Below are positions 9,033 through 11,947 of a stretch of 11,947 bases of DNA, piece after piece (position 1 is the stretch's first letter; each line of letters begins with the position of its first letter). This DNA comes from Octopus sinensis (Eukaryota). The notes under the pieces are model-generated. The model was not told where the DNA came from, ran no database searches, and saw only the letters and a program-made list of their open reading frames with translations. The stretch spans positions 1 to 11,947 of the forward strand of contig NW_021826725.1 in NCBI RefSeq assembly GCF_006345805.1, written 5' to 3'. Both the position numbers and the translations under genes were made by a program.

Positions 9033-9065
9033 CTATATCCATAGCACACACATATATACACACAC
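8636..9065. repeat. Compound (TA)n/(TG)n/(TACA)n microsatellite
   Basis: Directly visible. Confidence 0.97.
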
Positions 9066-9208
9066 AAACGCACAAGATTGAACAAGCGTGGAAGAACAAA
9101 AAGTCGAAAACAAATGTAGAATAGAAGATAAAGTTAAGAAGCCTCATAAGAGCAGAATGTATTATAAAAAAAACACGTGGAGACCAAATAAAAAACATCA
9201 AGAACAAT

Positions 9209-9236
9209 GCTACTGCTACTACTACTACTAATAATA

Positions 9237-9275
<39 letters not shown>

Positions 9276-9415
9276 TTAGTGGCAAAATTATATTCATAAT
9301 ACACATTATCATTATTGCTATTGTTACCATTATTATTATTATCATTATTGTTGTTGTTATTGTTATTATTGTTATTATTATTGTGGTTGTTTTGTTATTA
9401 TTATTATCATCATCA

Positions 9416-9477
<62 letters not shown>

Positions 9478-9490
9478 TGATGATGATGAT
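9209..9490. repeat. Compound trinucleotide arrays (TAC)n/(TAA)n, then (ATT)n/(GTT)n
   Basis: Directly visible; source of the poly-L, poly-Y and poly-I ORFs. Confidence 0.96.
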
Positions 9491-10065
9491 ATACTAACAA
9501 CAAAGAAATGTCATATTTTTATCGAAAATATTTTGATGATGAGCGCCATTTTGTTTTGCTTCGTTTTTTTGTTTTTTTTTTGTTTTTTACACTCGATATT
9601 ATATTCTATTTTTTTTCTCTTGCTCTCTTCATTTTTGTATTTCCTTCATTTTGGTTTTTATTTGCATTCTTTTGATTTCCTTTTACTTTATTGTTGTTAT
9701 TCTTCTTGTAGTTCATGTCGCTGTCATTGTTCTTTGCTTCACTTTTGTTACATTTTTTCTTTCTTTTTCCTTCCTTATTTTTACTCTTTCTTCTTCGTCT
9801 AATTCCAGTTGCCAATCAGTTAGTTATGAAACCTTGTTAAGTATGAACCTCGCTTTCATTTTCTTTAGCTTCTGTTTTCCCTCGTTTTCTTGTTTTTTGT
9901 GTGTGTGTGGGAAGGGGCTATATTCTTTTCTGCCTTTTTCTTTCCTTTTCTATGTTGTTGTTATTTTTCTCTTCATCGCACGGAATTCATTTTTCATTTC
10001 TCTATAATTATTATACATCTCCTCATTTTGCAGCCATTCCTTCTATCTGTCTGTCTATCTCGCTC

Positions 10066-10069
<4 letters not shown>

Positions 10070-10109
<40 letters not shown>

Positions 10110-10112
10110 CCA

Positions 10113-10147
<35 letters not shown>

Positions 10148-10185
10148 ATTCTCTCTCTCTTTCTTTCTCTCCCTCTCTTTCTCTG
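10070..10185. repeat. (CT)n microsatellite
   Basis: Directly visible. Confidence 0.97.
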
Positions 10186-10337
10186 TTTGTCTTCTATCAT
10201 GTCAATGTAATTCTTTCTTCTAATCTAAATTTTAGTTCTTTTTTATTAATGGGGTTTCTTTCGCATTTTCTTGTTTTGTGACTCTGTGTGTGTATGTGTA
10301 TGTGTGTGTATGTGTGTGTGTACGTGTTTGTTTCTAC

Positions 10338-10546
10338 CATCATCAGCACTGCCACCGCCACCGCCACCACCAACACACCATCATCATCATCATCATCATC
10401 ATTATCATTATTATCAACATCATCAGCATCAGAAGCAGCAGCAGGAACAGCAACATTATAATTAACATCATCATCATCAGCAGCAGCACTATAATCATCA
10501 TCATCATCATCATTTTCATCATCATCATTATCATCATCATCATCAT

Positions 10547-10583
<37 letters not shown>

Positions 10584-10830
10584 GTCTTCCTCATCATCAT
10601 CGTCACAGTCGTTGCTATTGCCGCCGTCGTCACCATCAACATCCTCCTCCTCCTCTTCATTATCATCATTATTATAATCGTCGTCGTCAACGTCATCATT
10701 GTTGACATCATCATCACTCTCTTGATCATCATCACCAGTCATCATCATCAACATCACCATCAACCTCATCCTCAACATCATCATCGTCGTCGTCGTCGTT
10801 GTCATCATAATCATTATCATCATCATCATC
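10338..10830. repeat. Long imperfect (CAT)n trinucleotide array
   Basis: CAT/CAC/CAG/CGT triplets over ~490 bp; source of the poly-D, -M, -I and -H ORFs. Confidence 0.96.
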
Positions 10831-11200
10831 ACTTGCCTTTTCTTTTTAGTGTTTTTTTTCTTTTCATAATTCCTGTTTTTCATCTCGTAATTTGTTTGTT
10901 TTCAATATTTTTTCCTCCCTACAACCTCTCCTTTTCTCTTTCACTTGCTCTTTTCTTTCTAACCCTTTCCTAACAATCCTCTCGAACCCTCTTCCTCTGT
11001 AACTCTCTCTTTCTCTCTCTCTCTCTCATACACAAACACAGGCACGCACACTCTCACACATACTCCTGCTCTCTCTCTCGATCCTTCTTTTTTCTCTCTT
11101 TCTCAGGTCCTTTCTCGAACTATGACTTCCATTGTGATTATTTCTGCCAATTTTTTCATTGACGTTCATTTGTTTCTATATATCTTTCTATCTCTTTCTA

Positions 11201-11206
<6 letters not shown>

Positions 11207-11257
<51 letters not shown>

Positions 11258-11270
11258 TATATATATATAT

Positions 11271-11327
<57 letters not shown>

Positions 11328-11447
11328 CTATATAATTTATGTATCTATCTATCCATCCATCTTTCTATCTATCTATTTATTTATCTATCTATCTATCCAT
11401 CCATCTATCTATCTATTTTTATCTATCTATCTATCCATCCATCTTTT

Positions 11448-11488
<41 letters not shown>

Positions 11489-11525
11489 GTTATCTATTTA
11501 CTATCTATCTATCTACTATCTATCT
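11207..11525. repeat. (CT)n-(TA)n-(TATC)n compound microsatellite
   Basis: (CT)n 11207-11247, (TA)n to ~11330, (TATC/CATC)n 11342-11525. Confidence 0.97.
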
Positions 11526-11947
11526 CCACGCACTACACCACCCAAACACATCAAATACTACACATTCACACAAACCAACACCACAAACTCAAGCCCTCTT
11601 CCCAATGCTGTAGGGGGTTTCCAGAAATATCTGTCCCAAAAACTATATAGAAACCTCCTCGAAGACACATCAAAGAACGAGGAAGCCAAAACTTCGACAC
11701 AATTAAGTAACTCTCTGTACTTTCATTTGTGTGTTTAAAAGCACACACCCCTAGAATCATGGTCAAGATTGGTTGTGTGAATGCGCGTGGCTTGGGGTCT
11801 CCTTGGAAACAAGGATACCTCCTAAATGACATCAAGTCACATGATTTGGGATCATAGCCATAAGTGAGACCAGACTCCACGAGCCACGGGCCCTAAAGTC
11901 CATGTTTGACGGACAGTTTAACATTTATTTCGCTCCCTGTCTGCCGA
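11526..11947 (+). mobile_element. L1/Tx1-type LINE fragment: probable ORF1 tail plus start of ORF2, running off the window
   Basis: An open frame ends TAA at 11738 (..TPPKHIKYYTF..KLYRNLLE..YFHLCV*), followed by a 20-nt spacer and the ATG of an APE-type endonuclease at 11759. Confidence 0.75.
11759..11947 (+). pseudogene. N-terminus of LINE ORF2 apurinic-type (EEP) endonuclease with one frameshift
   Basis: MVKIGCVNARGLGSPWKQGYLLNDIKSHDL /(1-nt loss at ~11849)/ IIAISETRLHEPRALKSMFDGQFNIYFAPCLP. The N.RGL and I..I.ET.L motifs are the established first two motifs of L1/Tx1 endonucleases. Confidence 0.88.

Noticed and set aside
9315-10973. Poly-L/Y/D/H/I ORFs up to 231 aa
   Set aside because: Products of trinucleotide and (CT)n arrays, open in multiple frames at once.
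7190-11947. The ORF1-like relic (~7190-7600) and the 11526+ LINE fragment as one interrupted element
   Set aside because: Very different levels of decay and 4 kb of unrelated intervening sequence; independent insertions are more likely.

Overview
AT-rich eukaryotic DNA packed with microsatellites, with no recognisable intact host gene. The repeat style suggests an invertebrate, probably a cephalopod such as Octopus (inference only). Most ORFs in the supplied track are translations of (TA)n, (CA)n, (ATC)n, (ATT)n and (CT)n arrays. The real content is mobile-element debris: (1) a tRNA-derived SINE head (2081-2287) that ends where (2) a 5'-truncated Penelope-like retroelement (PLE; RT plus C-terminal GIY-YIG endonuclease, about 2288-4313) begins. 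The first ~255 bp of the PLE are inverted in a twin-priming-like geometry, and its 3' UTR holds a degenerate minimal hammerhead-like motif. Also present are (3) a ~280-bp diverged tandem duplication, (4) a complete-looking non-autonomous Helentron/DINE-1-like (HINE) element (6556-6928), (5) a decayed LINE ORF1-like stretch with a near-perfect 92-bp duplication, and (6) the start of an L1/Tx1-type ORF2 endonuclease at the right edge. I see no evidence of a wholly new biological system. The most interesting items are the PLE inversion geometry, its ribozyme-like motif, and an indel pattern suggesting the PLE is less decayed than it looks. All alignments and counts were made by eye.
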